NCBI GenBank assembly: GCA_027340875.1
Contig: DAIENX010000100.1
Coordinates: forward strand, 1-51,776
Direction: 5' to 3'
DNA: 51,776 bases
Origin: Elusimicrobiota bacterium
GTDB taxonomy: Bacteria; Elusimicrobiota; Elusimicrobia; Elusimicrobiales; UBA9959
Part shown: in pieces, positions 8,607 through 18,014 of the stretch
How positions within the stretch are numbered: position 1 is the stretch's first letter
How the letters are laid out: each line of letters begins with the position of its first letter
Translations under genes and position numbers: made by a program
The notes under the pieces: model-generated
Seen by the model: the letters and a program-made list of their open reading frames with translations, nothing else
Database searches by the model: none
Told to the model about the DNA's origin: nothing

Positions 8607-9565
8607 TATTCCCCGGTTATCCCGCGGAAAGCGTCCACCGTCAGGGTGTGCCGGCCGTCCACGCGGGCGGCAAATGGGTTCAGGCTGACTTCTATCAGCA
8701 GGCCGTCGGCTCCGGCGCACAGGGCCCTGCCGGCCAGGGCGGCAGCGTGAGCCCTGTCGCGCGCGGCATGGCTGGGGTCGGCTATCACCGGCAGGCCGGT
8801 GAGGCGCCTGGCCGCGGCCAGCAGCTTGAGATCGAGGTCCTGCCGGTCGCCGCATGGGGAGCCGCCGCGCTCGCAGAGGATGATCCTGCCTGCGCCGTGG
8901 GCCAGCAGGTATTCCACGGACAGCAGCCACTCGGTTAGGCCCGCGTGTGGGGCCCGCTTGAGCAGCACCGGCCGGCCGGAGCTGGCCAGTTCCTTGAGCA
9001 GCTCGTAGTTGCGCATGTTGCGCGCGCCCACCTGGAGGACGTCGCAGGCCTCCGCCAGTCTCTCCACCTGGCGGGTGTCGGTGGCTTCGGAGACCAGCGG
9101 CAGGCCGGTGAGCTTTTTCGCTTTCAGAACCGTTCTCAGGCCTTTCCAGCCCAGTCCCTGGAAGGCGTAGGGCGAGGAGCGCGGCTTGAAGATGGCGGCG
9201 CGCAGGGCGTGCGCTCCGGCCGCCTTGAGAGCGAGGGCGGAGGCTACGTAGGAGGCCTCGTCCTCCACGGCGCAGGGGCCGGCTATGAACACGGGGCCGC
9301 TGGTGAAATCCAGCGGCGAGGAGAGCGGCTTCCTTCCGCCGGCGCAGGCCAGCGGGCAGAGCTCTGCGGTGGAAAGGGATACGGAAGCTACGCCGGGCAG
9401 GTTCTCTATGGCGGGGGCCGCCTCGGCGAAAGAGGCGGTGGACACGGAAGAGGCGTGCAGGCAGCCGCGCCCGGAGGTAACAGCGGCGCCCGGCAGCAGG
9501 CGGCGCACCCTGGCGGTTATGCCGGCGGTTCCGCCGCGCAGGTCTTTATGCAGGAGTATCTTCAT
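8606..9565 (-). CDS. aroF: DAHP synthase (class I-beta)
   Basis: IAGPCAVE, FKPRSSPYAFQGLG, QVGARNMRN, LLKR, CERG, DPSH. Confidence 0.93.
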   Translation of the reverse strand: MKILLHKDLRGGTAGITARVRRLLPGAAVTSGRGCLHASSVSTASFAEAAPAIENLPGVASVSLSTAELCPLACAGGRKPLSSPLDFTSGPVFIAGPCAVEDEASYVASALALKAAGAHALRAAIFKPRSSPYAFQGLGWKGLRTVLKAKKLTGLPLVSEATDTRQVERLAEACDVLQVGARNMRNYELLKELASSGRPVLLKRAPHAGLTEWLLSVEYLLAHGAGRIILCERGGSPCGDRQDLDLKLLAAARRLTGLPVIADPSHAARDRAHAAALAGRALCAGADGLLIEVSLNPFAARVDGRHTLTVDAFRGITGE

Positions 9566-9813
9566 TTTCGCGACTGCAGTTTCTTTGTCTGGCCTATTAT
9601 GCAGGCGAACACGGTTTTTGCGCTGCCGGCGTAGCGCCTTCCGGCTGCGGCGCCGGCTTTGGCCAGCACCTGTCGCTCCCGTGCGCTGTCGGTCGTCTTC
9701 GTCTTCAGGGACCGCAGCGGGACGGCCAGGTCCCAGCGGCGCGCGAGCAGTCCGGCTATCCGCCTGTCGAGGACGTCTATCTTGCGGCGGGCGGACTGGA
9801 GCGGGTCGCGCAT
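9562..9813 (-). CDS. Chorismate mutase (type II / AroQ class)
   Basis: R..ID.LD..I..LL.RR and D..RE..V pattern; first gene of the aro operon. Confidence 0.85.
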   Translation of the reverse strand: MRDPLQSARRKIDVLDRRIAGLLARRWDLAVPLRSLKTKTTDSARERQVLAKAGAAAGRRYAGSAKTVFACIIGQTKKLQSRK

Positions 9814-9866
9814 ATATAGATTTTATTAAAAATACGCGGCAAAACTAAAATTGCTAAAATAGACCC

Positions 9867-11012
9867 ATGGCCGGAACGCTGGAACTCAAGGATATCGCCA
9901 ACAAGCTGGAGGAGCTGGAGGGGGCGCTGGCCGCCGCCGCGAAGCTCTACGGGCTGGACGCCAGGCGCGCCACGCTGCGCGAGAAGGAGGCCGTCTCCGG
10001 CACCGGCGATTTCTGGAACGACGCGCAGAAGGCCCAGGCCCATATGAAGGAGCTCAACGAGATCAAGAAGGGCGTGGAGCTGCTGGACTCGGTCGGCCGC
10101 GAGATAGAGGATTTTAAGGTGCATTTCGAGCTGGCCAAGGACGCCGGCGACGCTGGGGAGCTGCAGGTCATCATGGACGGCCTCTCGGTCATAGAGGGTA
10201 AGCTGAAGATAATGGACTTCGAGCTGAAGCTCTCGGACCCCAACGACAAGATGGACGCCATCATCAGCATCCACGCGGGCGCCGGCGGCACCGAGGCCTG
10301 CGACTGGGCGCAGATGCTGCTGCGCATGTATACGCGCTGGGCCGAGCAGAAGGGCTTTTCTTTTTCCATCACCGACATCCTGCAGGGCGAGGAGGCCGGA
10401 GTGAGGGGCGTTACCGCCATCGTGCGCGGCCGCTACGCCTACGGCTACCTGAAGAGCGAGATAGGCGTGCACCGGCTGGTGCGCATCTCGCCGTTCGACG
10501 CCAACAAGCGGCGCCACACGTCGTTCTCGTCAGTGGACGTGCTGGCCGACATAGAGGACGACATAGACATAAAGATAGAGGACAAGGACATCTCGATGGA
10601 CACGTTCCGCTCCGGCGGCGCAGGCGGCCAGAACGTGAACAAGGTGGAGACGGCCGTGCGCCTGACGCATGCCCCGTCGGGGGTCATCGTCTCCTGCCAG
10701 GTGGAGCGCAGCCAGCTGAAGAACCGAGAGATGGCGATGAAGATGCTGAAGGCCCGCCTCTACGAGATAGAGATGGACAAGAAGCGCACGGAGATGGAGA
10801 AGCATTACGACGCGAAGGGCGCTATCGGCTGGGGCCACCAGATACGCTCCTATGTTTTCATGCCGTACCAGCTGGTGAAGGACCTGCGCACCGGAGAGGA
10901 GACCTCACAGATAGACTCCGTGATGGACGGCGCGCTGGACCCGTTCATGCATTCCTATCTGTCCTGGGACGCCGGCGGCCGGAAGAAGCGCGACGTCAGC
11001 GCGGACGATTGA
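9867..11012 (+). CDS. prfB: Peptide chain release factor 2, single uninterrupted frame
   Basis: [21 protein letters not shown] (SPF), [24 protein letters not shown]. Confidence 0.97.
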   Translation: MAGTLELKDIANKLEELEGALAAAAKLYGLDARRATLREKEAVSGTGDFWNDAQKAQAHMKELNEIKKGVELLDSVGREIEDFKVHFELAKDAGDAGELQVIMDGLSVIEGKLKIMDFELKLSDPNDKMDAIISIHAGAGGTEACDWAQMLLRMYTRWAEQKGFSFSITDILQGEEAGVRGVTAIVRGRYAYGYLKSEIGVHRLVRISPFDANKRRHTSFSSVDVLADIEDDIDIKIEDKDISMDTFRSGGAGGQNVNKVETAVRLTHAPSGVIVSCQVERSQLKNREMAMKMLKARLYEIEMDKKRTEMEKHYDAKGAIGWGHQIRSYVFMPYQLVKDLRTGEETSQIDSVMDGALDPFMHSYLSWDAGGRKKRDVSADD

Positions 11013-11014
11013 GG

Positions 11015-11139
11015 CCCGACGAAGGTATGTGTCCGTCGGGCACGCGTCGGCCGCACCGCGGCCGCGCTCCCGCTCGGGCTCGGCGCTAATGCAAGCCTCG
11101 CCCTCCGCGAGGTCCCGCCGAACCCATACCTTCGCCGGG
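11015..11139 (-). repeat. Structured intergenic element, copy A
   Basis: 15-bp terminal IR CCCGACGAAGGTATG/CATACCTTCGCCGGG enclosing a diverged copy of the core shared with 11999-12074 and 49047-49122. Confidence 0.75.
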
Positions 11140-11154
11140 TTTTCAGGATATTAA

Positions 11155-11955
11155 ATGCTCATAGAGACACACGCTCATCTGAACGATAAGGCATTCGACG
11201 CCGACCGCGCCGAGGTCGTTACGCGCTCCTTCGCAGCCGGCGTGGAGAGGATAGTGGAGATAGCCTGCCAGCCATCGGAGTGGAAGCAGGGCGAGGACCT
11301 CTGCGCCGCCTATCCGGGTAAGGTGATGTGCGCTTTCGGGGCGCACCCGGAGTACACCCGGACCCTGGCGCCGGAACAGCTGGCGAACCTCGAGGATTTT
11401 ATGGCCAAGCCCTGCGCCGTGGCGCTGGGCGAGGTGGGGGTGGATTACTGGTGGGACATCGGGACCAAAGAGGAACAGCTGGCGCTGATGAAATCGCAGC
11501 TGCCGCTCTGCGCCAGGTTCGACAGGCCGGCCGTCTTCCACGCCCGCAATGGCAAAACTCCGGACAAGGACGCCTACGCCGACCTGCTGGCCGCGCTGAA
11601 AACCTGGGACTATTCCTCTAAGCGGCGCTTCCGCGGCGTGCTGCATTGCTTTTCCGGCCGCTGGGAGGACGCGAAGGCGGGCCTGGACCTGGGGCTGTGC
11701 CTGGGCATAAACGGGACCTTCACTTATAAGAAGAACGACGACCTGAGGGAGACCATAAAGAAGGCCGGCATCGGGAACATAGTGGTGGAGACCGATTGTC
11801 CCTACCTGCCGCCGCAGAGCTCGCGCGGCAAGCGCAACGACCCGTCGTTCATCCCGGAGATAGCGGCGATGGCGGCTTCATACCTCGGCCTGAGCAACGG
11901 GCAGTTCGCGGACGCCACCACCGCCAACGCCTTCGATCTTTTCGGCGAGTTTTAG
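11155..11955 (+). CDS. tatD: TatD-family deoxyribonuclease
   Basis: THAHL, GAHP, GEVGVDY, HAR, HCFSG, ETDCPYL. Confidence 0.95.
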   Translation: MLIETHAHLNDKAFDADRAEVVTRSFAAGVERIVEIACQPSEWKQGEDLCAAYPGKVMCAFGAHPEYTRTLAPEQLANLEDFMAKPCAVALGEVGVDYWWDIGTKEEQLALMKSQLPLCARFDRPAVFHARNGKTPDKDAYADLLAALKTWDYSSKRRFRGVLHCFSGRWEDAKAGLDLGLCLGINGTFTYKKNDDLRETIKKAGIGNIVVETDCPYLPPQSSRGKRNDPSFIPEIAAMAASYLGLSNGQFADATTANAFDLFGEF

Positions 11956-11969
11956 GCGCGGGTTCGGAG

Positions 11970-12105
11970 AGGGGCTGGCCGGGGTATGTGTCGTCAGGCA
12001 CAGCGTCGCGCACACCGTGCGCGCGCCTCGTCACTCGGTTTCGGCGCTTACGCAAGCCTCAACCTCCGTGACGGCCTTCCGACCCATACCGCCGGCCGCG
12101 CCCCT
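11970..12105 (-). repeat. Structured intergenic element, copy B
   Basis: Terminal IR GGCCGG.GGTATG/CATACC.CCGGCC; 76-nt core differs from copy C at 7 positions. Confidence 0.8.
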
Positions 12106-12206
12106 GGGGGAGGGCTTCGCGGAGCAAAGCCCCGGCCTTAACCGGCCGCGTTGCAGGTGGCGGAAAATCTTTGCGTTGGCGGTGGACCTGTCCTTGAAAG
12201 GTATAT

Positions 12207-14723
12207 ATGACGAACGAAGAAATTAAGAAGATCTTAGCGGAGCGCATACCGGTGTTCGACGGGGCGATGGGCACCTATCTGCCGCAGTTCGGCCTGAAGG
12301 AGGCCGACTACGCCGGACATGAGGGGCTCAACGAGATACTCTCCGTTTCCAGGCCTGATATAGTCTCCAAAGTACACGAGGACTATCTGGAGGCGGGCGC
12401 GGATTTCGTGGAGACCAACACTTTCGGCGCCAACGCCGCCGTGCTGGCGGAATACGGCCTGCGGGGCCGCGTGCGCGAATTCAACCTGGCTTCGGCGAAG
12501 CTGGCCAAGGCCGCGGCGGATAGATTCTCGAAAGACGGACGGAAGCGCTACGCGGCCGGCTCCGTGGGCCCGACTAACAAGGCCCTGTTCGTCACCGGCG
12601 GGCTTTCCTTCGACGATATGCGCGCTCTGTACCTCGAGCAGATGACGGCGCTGATCGACGGCGGCGCGGACCTGCTGCTGCTCGAGACCGCCCACGACGT
12701 GCTGAACCTCAAGGCCGGGCTCGCCGCGGCGCGGCTGGCCTTCGCGAAGGCCGGCCGCGAACTGCCGGTGATAGTCTCGGCCACGATGGACGAGCGCAAC
12801 AAGATGCTGTCCGGCCACGACGCCGAGGCCTTCTTCGCCGCGATGGAGCATTTCCCGCTGGCCGCCATAGGCTTCAACTGTTCCACCGGTCCGGAAGGGC
12901 TTGCCCTGCGGCTGGAAAGGCTTGCCGCCCGCTCGCAGTTCCCGGTCTTCGCGATGCCGAACGCCGGCCTGCCCGACGAGAACGGCCGCTACCTGCAGAC
13001 CCCCGAGACCTTCTCCGCCGTGATGTCCGACTTCGGCAGGAAGGGCCTGCTGAACGCCGCCGGCGGCTGCTGCGGCACGAACCCCTCCCACATCAGGGCG
13101 CTGGCGGCCGCCGTGAGCGGTCTGAAGCCGCGCGCCCCGCGCCCGGCCGCACCGTGGGTGGTGGCCGGCACCGAGGCGCTGTTCTTCGACGAGATAGAGC
13201 CGCCGGCCATGGTGGGGGAGCGCAATAATTCAATAGGCAGCAAGAAGTTCAGGGACATGGTGGCCGCGGGCGACTGGGACGGCGCCGTCGCGCTGGCCAA
13301 GTCGCAGGCCGCCGCGGGCGCCCATATGCTGGACGTCTGCCTCGCCAATCCTGAGCGCGACGAGCTGGCCGACGTTAAGGAACTGGTGCCCAGGCTGGCC
13401 CGCGCGGTGCGCCTGCCGCTGATGACCGACACCACGAACACCGAGGTGATGGAAGAGGTGCTGAAGCTGGTGCCGGGGAAGGCGCTGCTGAACTCGGTGA
13501 ACTTCGAGTTCGGCCCCGAGAAGCCGCGCGCCGCGGCCGAGCTGGTGAAGACCTACGGCGGCAAGCTGGTGTTCGGCTGCATCGACGAGGACAAGAAGGC
13601 CGGCTTGCCGCTGGACGCGGAGCGCAAGACGGCCATAGCGCGGCGCGCCTACTCCTTCCTCACGAAGGAAGGCGGCCTGAAGCCGGAGGACATCATCTTC
13701 GACACGCTCGTCTTCCCGGTGGCTGTCGGCGGCGAGCACGCTAAGACCGCACACGAGACCATAAAGGCCATAGAGGCCATAAAGAAGGAATTTCCCGGAG
13801 TAAGGACCATACTGGGCGTCAGCAACGTCTCGTTCGGGCTGCCGCCGGCCAGCCGCGAGGTGCTGAACTCGGTATTCCTGCACCACGCGGTGAAGGCCGG
13901 CCTGGACCTGGCCATAGTGAACATAGAGAAGCTCAGGCGCTACGCGTCCATCACGGCCGAGGAGCGCGCGCTGGCGGAGGACCTTATCTTCGCCAGGAAG
14001 CCAGACGCGGCGGCCGCTTTCGCCGCCCGCTACCGCGACGCGAAAAAAGCGCCGGCCGCGGCGGCGGCGCAGGACGCCCCCGCGGGGGAGAGGCTGCGCC
14101 TGGCGGTGCTGAACGGCGCCAGGGCCGGCGTGCCGGAGGCGGTGGCCGAGTTGCTGGAAAAAGAGCCGCCGCTGTTCATCATCAACGGCCCGGTCATGAA
14201 GGCCATGGCCGAGGTCGGCAAGCTGTTCGCCTGCGGCGACCTGATAGTCACCGAGGTGCTGCAGAGCGCCGAGGCCGCCAAGGCGGCGGTGACGGCGCTG
14301 GAGCCGGCGCTGAAGGCGCAGAAGGCCCCGAAGCGCGGGAAGGTGCTGCTGGCCACCGTGAAGGGCGACGTGCACGACATAGGCAAGAACCTCGTCGGGA
14401 TAATCTTCGAGAGCAACGGCTTCGAGGTGGAGGACCTGGGTGTGAAGGTGCCTCCGGAGGATATAGCCGCGGCGGCCGAGAAATCGCGCCCGGATTTCAT
14501 CGGTCTTTCCGGCCTGCTGGTGCGCTCGTGCGAGCAGATGACGGTCACCGCCAGAGAGCTGGCCAGGGCGGGGCTCTCCTGCCCGCTGCTGGTAGGAGGG
14601 GCCGCGCTTACGGCCAAGTTCACCGAGGCGAGCATCGTGCCGCATTACAAGGGGCCGGTATTCTACGCCAAGGACGCGATGGAAGGCCTCAACTACGCGC
14701 TGGAGCGCGTGAGCGGGAAATGA
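12207..14723 (+). CDS. metH: B12-dependent methionine synthase: homocysteine-, pterin- and cobalamin-binding domains, lacking the activation domain
   Basis: DGAMGT, ETNTFG, NCS and GGCCG Zn ligands, GERNN, GVSNVSFG, ATVKGDVHDIGKN, SGLL. Confidence 0.95.
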   Translation: MTNEEIKKILAERIPVFDGAMGTYLPQFGLKEADYAGHEGLNEILSVSRPDIVSKVHEDYLEAGADFVETNTFGANAAVLAEYGLRGRVREFNLASAKLAKAAADRFSKDGRKRYAAGSVGPTNKALFVTGGLSFDDMRALYLEQMTALIDGGADLLLLETAHDVLNLKAGLAAARLAFAKAGRELPVIVSATMDERNKMLSGHDAEAFFAAMEHFPLAAIGFNCSTGPEGLALRLERLAARSQFPVFAMPNAGLPDENGRYLQTPETFSAVMSDFGRKGLLNAAGGCCGTNPSHIRALAAAVSGLKPRAPRPAAPWVVAGTEALFFDEIEPPAMVGERNNSIGSKKFRDMVAAGDWDGAVALAKSQAAAGAHMLDVCLANPERDELADVKELVPRLARAVRLPLMTDTTNTEVMEEVLKLVPGKALLNSVNFEFGPEKPRAAAELVKTYGGKLVFGCIDEDKKAGLPLDAERKTAIARRAYSFLTKEGGLKPEDIIFDTLVFPVAVGGEHAKTAHETIKAIEAIKKEFPGVRTILGVSNVSFGLPPASREVLNSVFLHHAVKAGLDLAIVNIEKLRRYASITAEERALAEDLIFARKPDAAAAFAARYRDAKKAPAAAAAQDAPAGERLRLAVLNGARAGVPEAVAELLEKEPPLFIINGPVMKAMAEVGKLFACGDLIVTEVLQSAEAAKAAVTALEPALKAQKAPKRGKVLLATVKGDVHDIGKNLVGIIFESNGFEVEDLGVKVPPEDIAAAAEKSRPDFIGLSGLLVRSCEQMTVTARELARAGLSCPLLVGGAALTAKFTEASIVPHYKGPVFYAKDAMEGLNYALERVSGK

Positions 14724-15514
14724 CCGGAGCGGAAGCCTATTACCCGGACGATATCCCGGTCCCGGAGGACCTGGGGCGGCACTTCGTGGAGCCGCCGCTG
14801 CCGGAGCTCTTCGACAACATCGACGAGGCCATGTTCAGCCTGCGCTTCCTGGGGTTGAAGAGGTCCAACGAACAGAAGAAGGCCGAGGCTTTTAGACTGC
14901 TAGAAGAACTGAAGGGCGAGGTCATCTTGAAGAGCCTGCTGAAGGCCCGCGGCGTCTACCGCTTCTTCCCGGTCAACAGCGAGGGCGATTCGATACATTT
15001 CTACGACGCGGACGGGGAAAAGGCGGAGACGTTCGTTTTCCCGCGCCAGGCGGCGAAGGAGCGGCTGTGTCTGGCCGATTTCGCCGCGCCGGCCTCGGGC
15101 GGCAGGAGGGACTACGCGGCGCTGCTGGCCGTCACCTGCGGCGAGGGCGTGCTGGCGCTCTCGCGCCGCGAGCGGGAAGCCGGAAACTATGTGCGCTCCT
15201 ATCTGGTGGAGGCCGTGGCGCTTACCCTGGCGGAGGCCTTCGCCGAAGTGCTGCATTACAGGATCAGGAGGGAATGGGGCATAGCGGAGGAGCATCCGGC
15301 GGCGCCGCTGCTGCGCAGCAAATACCGCGGCAAGAGGTATTCCTTCGGCTACCCGGTCTGCCCGGACCTGGCCAACCAGAAGGGGCTGTTCGCGTTGCTG
15401 AAGCCGGAGGACGACGCGGGGATAAGGCTGACCGACGGGTTCATGATGGACCCCGAGGCCTCGGTGTCGGCCATAGTCTTCCACAACCCGAAAGCGGTCT
15501 ATTTCGGCGTTTGA
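14720..15514 (+). CDS. Methionine synthase SAM-dependent activation domain, stand-alone
   Basis: FPRQ...CLADF, LAEAFAEVLH, YRGKRYSFGYPVCPD, PEASVSAIVFHNP; ATGA overlap with the metH stop. Confidence 0.92.
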   Translation: MTGAEAYYPDDIPVPEDLGRHFVEPPLPELFDNIDEAMFSLRFLGLKRSNEQKKAEAFRLLEELKGEVILKSLLKARGVYRFFPVNSEGDSIHFYDADGEKAETFVFPRQAAKERLCLADFAAPASGGRRDYAALLAVTCGEGVLALSRREREAGNYVRSYLVEAVALTLAEAFAEVLHYRIRREWGIAEEHPAAPLLRSKYRGKRYSFGYPVCPDLANQKGLFALLKPEDDAGIRLTDGFMMDPEASVSAIVFHNPKAVYFGV

Positions 15515-15533
15515 AAAAGGTATTTTCAGGGTC

Positions 15534-15561
15534 TTGACAATCGGAAAGAGCCTGCTATACT
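15534..15561 (+). promoter_or_regulatory. Near-consensus sigma70 promoter with no downstream annotated gene
   Basis: TTGACA (15534-15539), 16-nt spacer ending in TGC, TATACT (15556-15561). Confidence 0.7.
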
Positions 15562-15567
15562 ATTGAT

Positions 15568-15613
15568 GGGTCCGCAGCCTATATTAAAAGGTTCTTGCGG
15601 GCCCTTTCATTTT
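15568..15613 (+). ncRNA. Candidate small hairpin RNA
   Basis: Begins 6 nt after the -10 box; GGGTCCGCAG...TTGCGGGCCC stem with inner CCT/AGG and ATATTAAA loop, followed by TTTCATTTT. Confidence 0.45.
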
Positions 15614-15620
15614 GGGTGAT

Positions 15621-15646
15621 AAAGCGGCGGCGCTCAGGCCGCCGCT
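15621..15646 (-). terminator. Intrinsic terminator of the WG-repeat gene
   Basis: AGCGGCGGC/GCCGCCGCT stem followed by TTT on the minus strand. Confidence 0.55.
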
Positions 15647-15647
15647 C

Positions 15648-16610
15648 TCATTTCCTGAAGTACTCGAAGCCTTTCTGGTCTATGTAGAACAGCCTGCCGC
15701 CGCGGGACACCTTGGCTATGCCGCCGCGGAAGCCGCCGGCCTGGTCGTACTTGAAATCTATGACCGTCTTGCCGGTCTTGTCTATGTAGCCCCAGCCGCT
15801 CCTGAGGTCCTTCAGCACCGGAGCCAGGCCGCCCTCGAAAGAGGCGCACATCCTGAACTGCGGCTGGATAATGACGTTGCCGTCCCTGTCTATGTAGCCG
15901 CAGCGGTCCTCCCAGGAGAGGGCCTGGGCGTGGGCCAGCCCCTCGCTGTAGGGGCCGATGGAGATGTAGTCCCTGCTCTTGAGCGCCAGCGTGGACCTGT
16001 CTACGAAGCCGTAGCTGTCGCCCAGCTTGGCGGTGGCGAACCCGCCGGAGAAAGGGAAGGCCTCCGCGTAGACCGGCGGGAGCGCTTCCTTGCCGGAGAG
16101 CCCTATATAGCCGTACTTGTCCTTTACGCGAACCCGGGCCAGCCCCTCGCTGACCGGGTAGATCTCGTCGTATATTCCGCCGCGGAACTCGCGGGAGTCC
16201 TTCAGCAGCAGGCCCCAGCGGCCGTTCTTTTTGGCCGGGGCCGCGCCTTCCGTGAAAGGCAGCAGGGCCTCGTACTCGAACGGAACCGCCGGCTTTCCCT
16301 CCCTGTCCACGCAGCCCCAGAGGCCGCGGCTCTTGACCGGCGCGCAGCCGTCGCTGAACGAGCCCGCGGACTGGTATTTCGGCGCTATGACCGTTTTGCC
16401 GGCCTTGTCTATGAAGCCGTATTTCCCTCCGTCCAGCACCAGCGCGAGGCCTTCGCTGAAGGGCTCGGCGTAGCCGAAGCGCGGCCTGATAGCGATCTTG
16501 CCGCCCGGAGCGGAGTATCCCCATCTGCCGTGCGAATTATAGGGGATCAGCTCCTGCGCCGCGGCCGGGGCGCAGAGGCAGAGAGCGAGCAGCAGGGCGG
16601 ATATTCTCAT
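15648..16610 (-). CDS. Secreted WG-repeat protein
   Basis: Signal peptide; repeated FSEGLA.V....KYG(F/Y)ID..G...I.P.Y units. Confidence 0.92.
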   Translation of the reverse strand: MRISALLLALCLCAPAAAQELIPYNSHGRWGYSAPGGKIAIRPRFGYAEPFSEGLALVLDGGKYGFIDKAGKTVIAPKYQSAGSFSDGCAPVKSRGLWGCVDREGKPAVPFEYEALLPFTEGAAPAKKNGRWGLLLKDSREFRGGIYDEIYPVSEGLARVRVKDKYGYIGLSGKEALPPVYAEAFPFSGGFATAKLGDSYGFVDRSTLALKSRDYISIGPYSEGLAHAQALSWEDRCGYIDRDGNVIIQPQFRMCASFEGGLAPVLKDLRSGWGYIDKTGKTVIDFKYDQAGGFRGGIAKVSRGGRLFYIDQKGFEYFRK

Positions 16611-16673
16611 GCCCAAATGATACAACTTTTCCGGGCCGCCGCTCCGGAGTGAAATTTGTATAATTGGCTTACG

Positions 16674-17156
16674 ATGAAAAAGAGAACCGCGGTCTATCCC
16701 GGCAGCTTCGATCCGGTGACCTTCGGCCACCTGGACATAATCGACAGGGCCTCCAAGATCTTCGACCACGTCATCGTCAGCGTCTTCGTTCACAGCTCCA
16801 AGAAGCACATGTTCCCGCTGGACCAGCGGGTGGCCATGTTGAGGACGGCGCTGAAGGGCAGGAAGAACGTCACCGTGGACTGCTTCGAGGGGCTGCTGGT
16901 GGACTACATGAAGAAGAAGGCCAGCAAGCTGGTCATAAGGGGCCTCCGGGCCATCTCCGACCTGGAGTACGAGTTCCAGATAGCGGCCGTGAACCGCACC
17001 CTGTCCCCCGACATAGAGACCGTTTTCCTGATGCCGCGCCAGCGTTACACCTACCTCTCTTCCAGCATAGTGCGCGACATAGCGTACTTCAAGGGGGACG
17101 TCTCCAAGCTGGTGCCTCCCCATGTCTCCAAGGCGATAGCGAAGCTGAAGAGGTAA
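16674..17156 (+). CDS. coaD: Pantetheine-phosphate adenylyltransferase
   Basis: AVYPGSFDPVTFGHLDII, IRGLRAISDLEYE, SSSIVR. Confidence 0.97.
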   Translation: MKKRTAVYPGSFDPVTFGHLDIIDRASKIFDHVIVSVFVHSSKKHMFPLDQRVAMLRTALKGRKNVTVDCFEGLLVDYMKKKASKLVIRGLRAISDLEYEFQIAAVNRTLSPDIETVFLMPRQRYTYLSSSIVRDIAYFKGDVSKLVPPHVSKAIAKLKR

Positions 17157-17190
17157 AAAAAAGAACCCCGGTCCCGCCGGGGTCCTTTTT
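17157..17190. terminator. Bidirectional intrinsic terminator
   Basis: A-tract, ACCCCGG/CCGGGGT stem, T-tract, between convergent genes. Confidence 0.75.
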
Positions 17191-17203
17191 CGGCCTGTCA
17201 GGT

Positions 17204-17914
17204 TCACGGCTTCTTTTTCAGCTTAACGTTCACGTCCTTCTCCTGCCCGTCCTTGGCTATCTTGACGCGCAGGTCCTTGCCGGAGAGCCCCATGCGGTCC
17301 AGGTACTTCCCCAGGTCCTTGACGGCTATGCCCTTCTGCCAGTCGCCCATCTCGGTCTGCTGCATGGCGCGGGGGGCCGCCGGCGCCGCCCCCGGGCCCG
17401 CCACGGTGCTGAGCTGGCCCGCGTGCAGCGACTGCATGCCGTTCTTGTTCTGTATGTCCACGTGGCCCTCGTAGACCTTCAGCGTAAGCAGCTCGTGCTG
17501 GTCGATGTCGGCCTCCGTGCCGCGCACCGCGCAGACGGCCGCCGGGGTGCGGACGCTGAGCCGGGCCTTCAGGTGCAGCATCCGGCTCCAGACCTGCCCG
17601 AAGGCCATCTCGAAGACCTCGCGCACGCCGTTCCCGGAAGGCATCTTCAGCTCGGTATTGGAGTTGACCCGGATCTCGGCACCCTTCTTGCTGACCAGGG
17701 CCGCGGTGGCCCCGTCCCCGGTCTTTATCAGGTCGCCGGCGCGCAGCAGCGTGTTCGCCTCGAGAGGCGCGAAAGAGGTCTCTCCGGCGCGCTGGAGCTG
17801 CACGTCGCCCTGCACGAAGGTGGAGACGGCCGCCACTTTGGCCGCCGAGACCGGCGGAGGCAGGGCTGCTGCTGCGCAGAGAACGACGGCTAACAGGGAA
17901 GCGGGAAGTCTCAT
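17204..17914 (-). CDS. Secreted FecR-domain protein
   Basis: Signal peptide; V.GDV, GDLIKTG, VRTPAAVCAVRGT, VYEGHV. Confidence 0.85.
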   Translation of the reverse strand: MRLPASLLAVVLCAAAALPPPVSAAKVAAVSTFVQGDVQLQRAGETSFAPLEANTLLRAGDLIKTGDGATAALVSKKGAEIRVNSNTELKMPSGNGVREVFEMAFGQVWSRMLHLKARLSVRTPAAVCAVRGTEADIDQHELLTLKVYEGHVDIQNKNGMQSLHAGQLSTVAGPGAAPAAPRAMQQTEMGDWQKGIAVKDLGKYLDRMGLSGKDLRVKIAKDGQEKDVNVKLKKKP

Positions 17915-18014
17915 AATATTACCCCCTTGGCGCAATTGCGCCTATATAGAGTGTAGCCTGTGAGCCGGCCGGCTACAAGGTGATAAAGGTTATCTGTAAC
18001 CAGTGTTGCAGAGT

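Noticed and set aside
11015..12105. Repeat copies flanking tatD as a CRISPR array or composite transposon
   Set aside because: There is no repeat-spacer periodicity, no cas or transposase gene, and further copies occur far away beside secA and trmL.
12106..12206. SAM, SAH or cobalamin riboswitch upstream of metH
   Set aside because: Hairpins are present, but I could not find the conserved cores of these riboswitches; an Rfam scan would be needed to exclude them fully.
14700..14740. metH as a frameshifted pseudogene
   Set aside because: The break falls at a domain boundary with an ATGA coupling overlap, and both parts keep their motifs.
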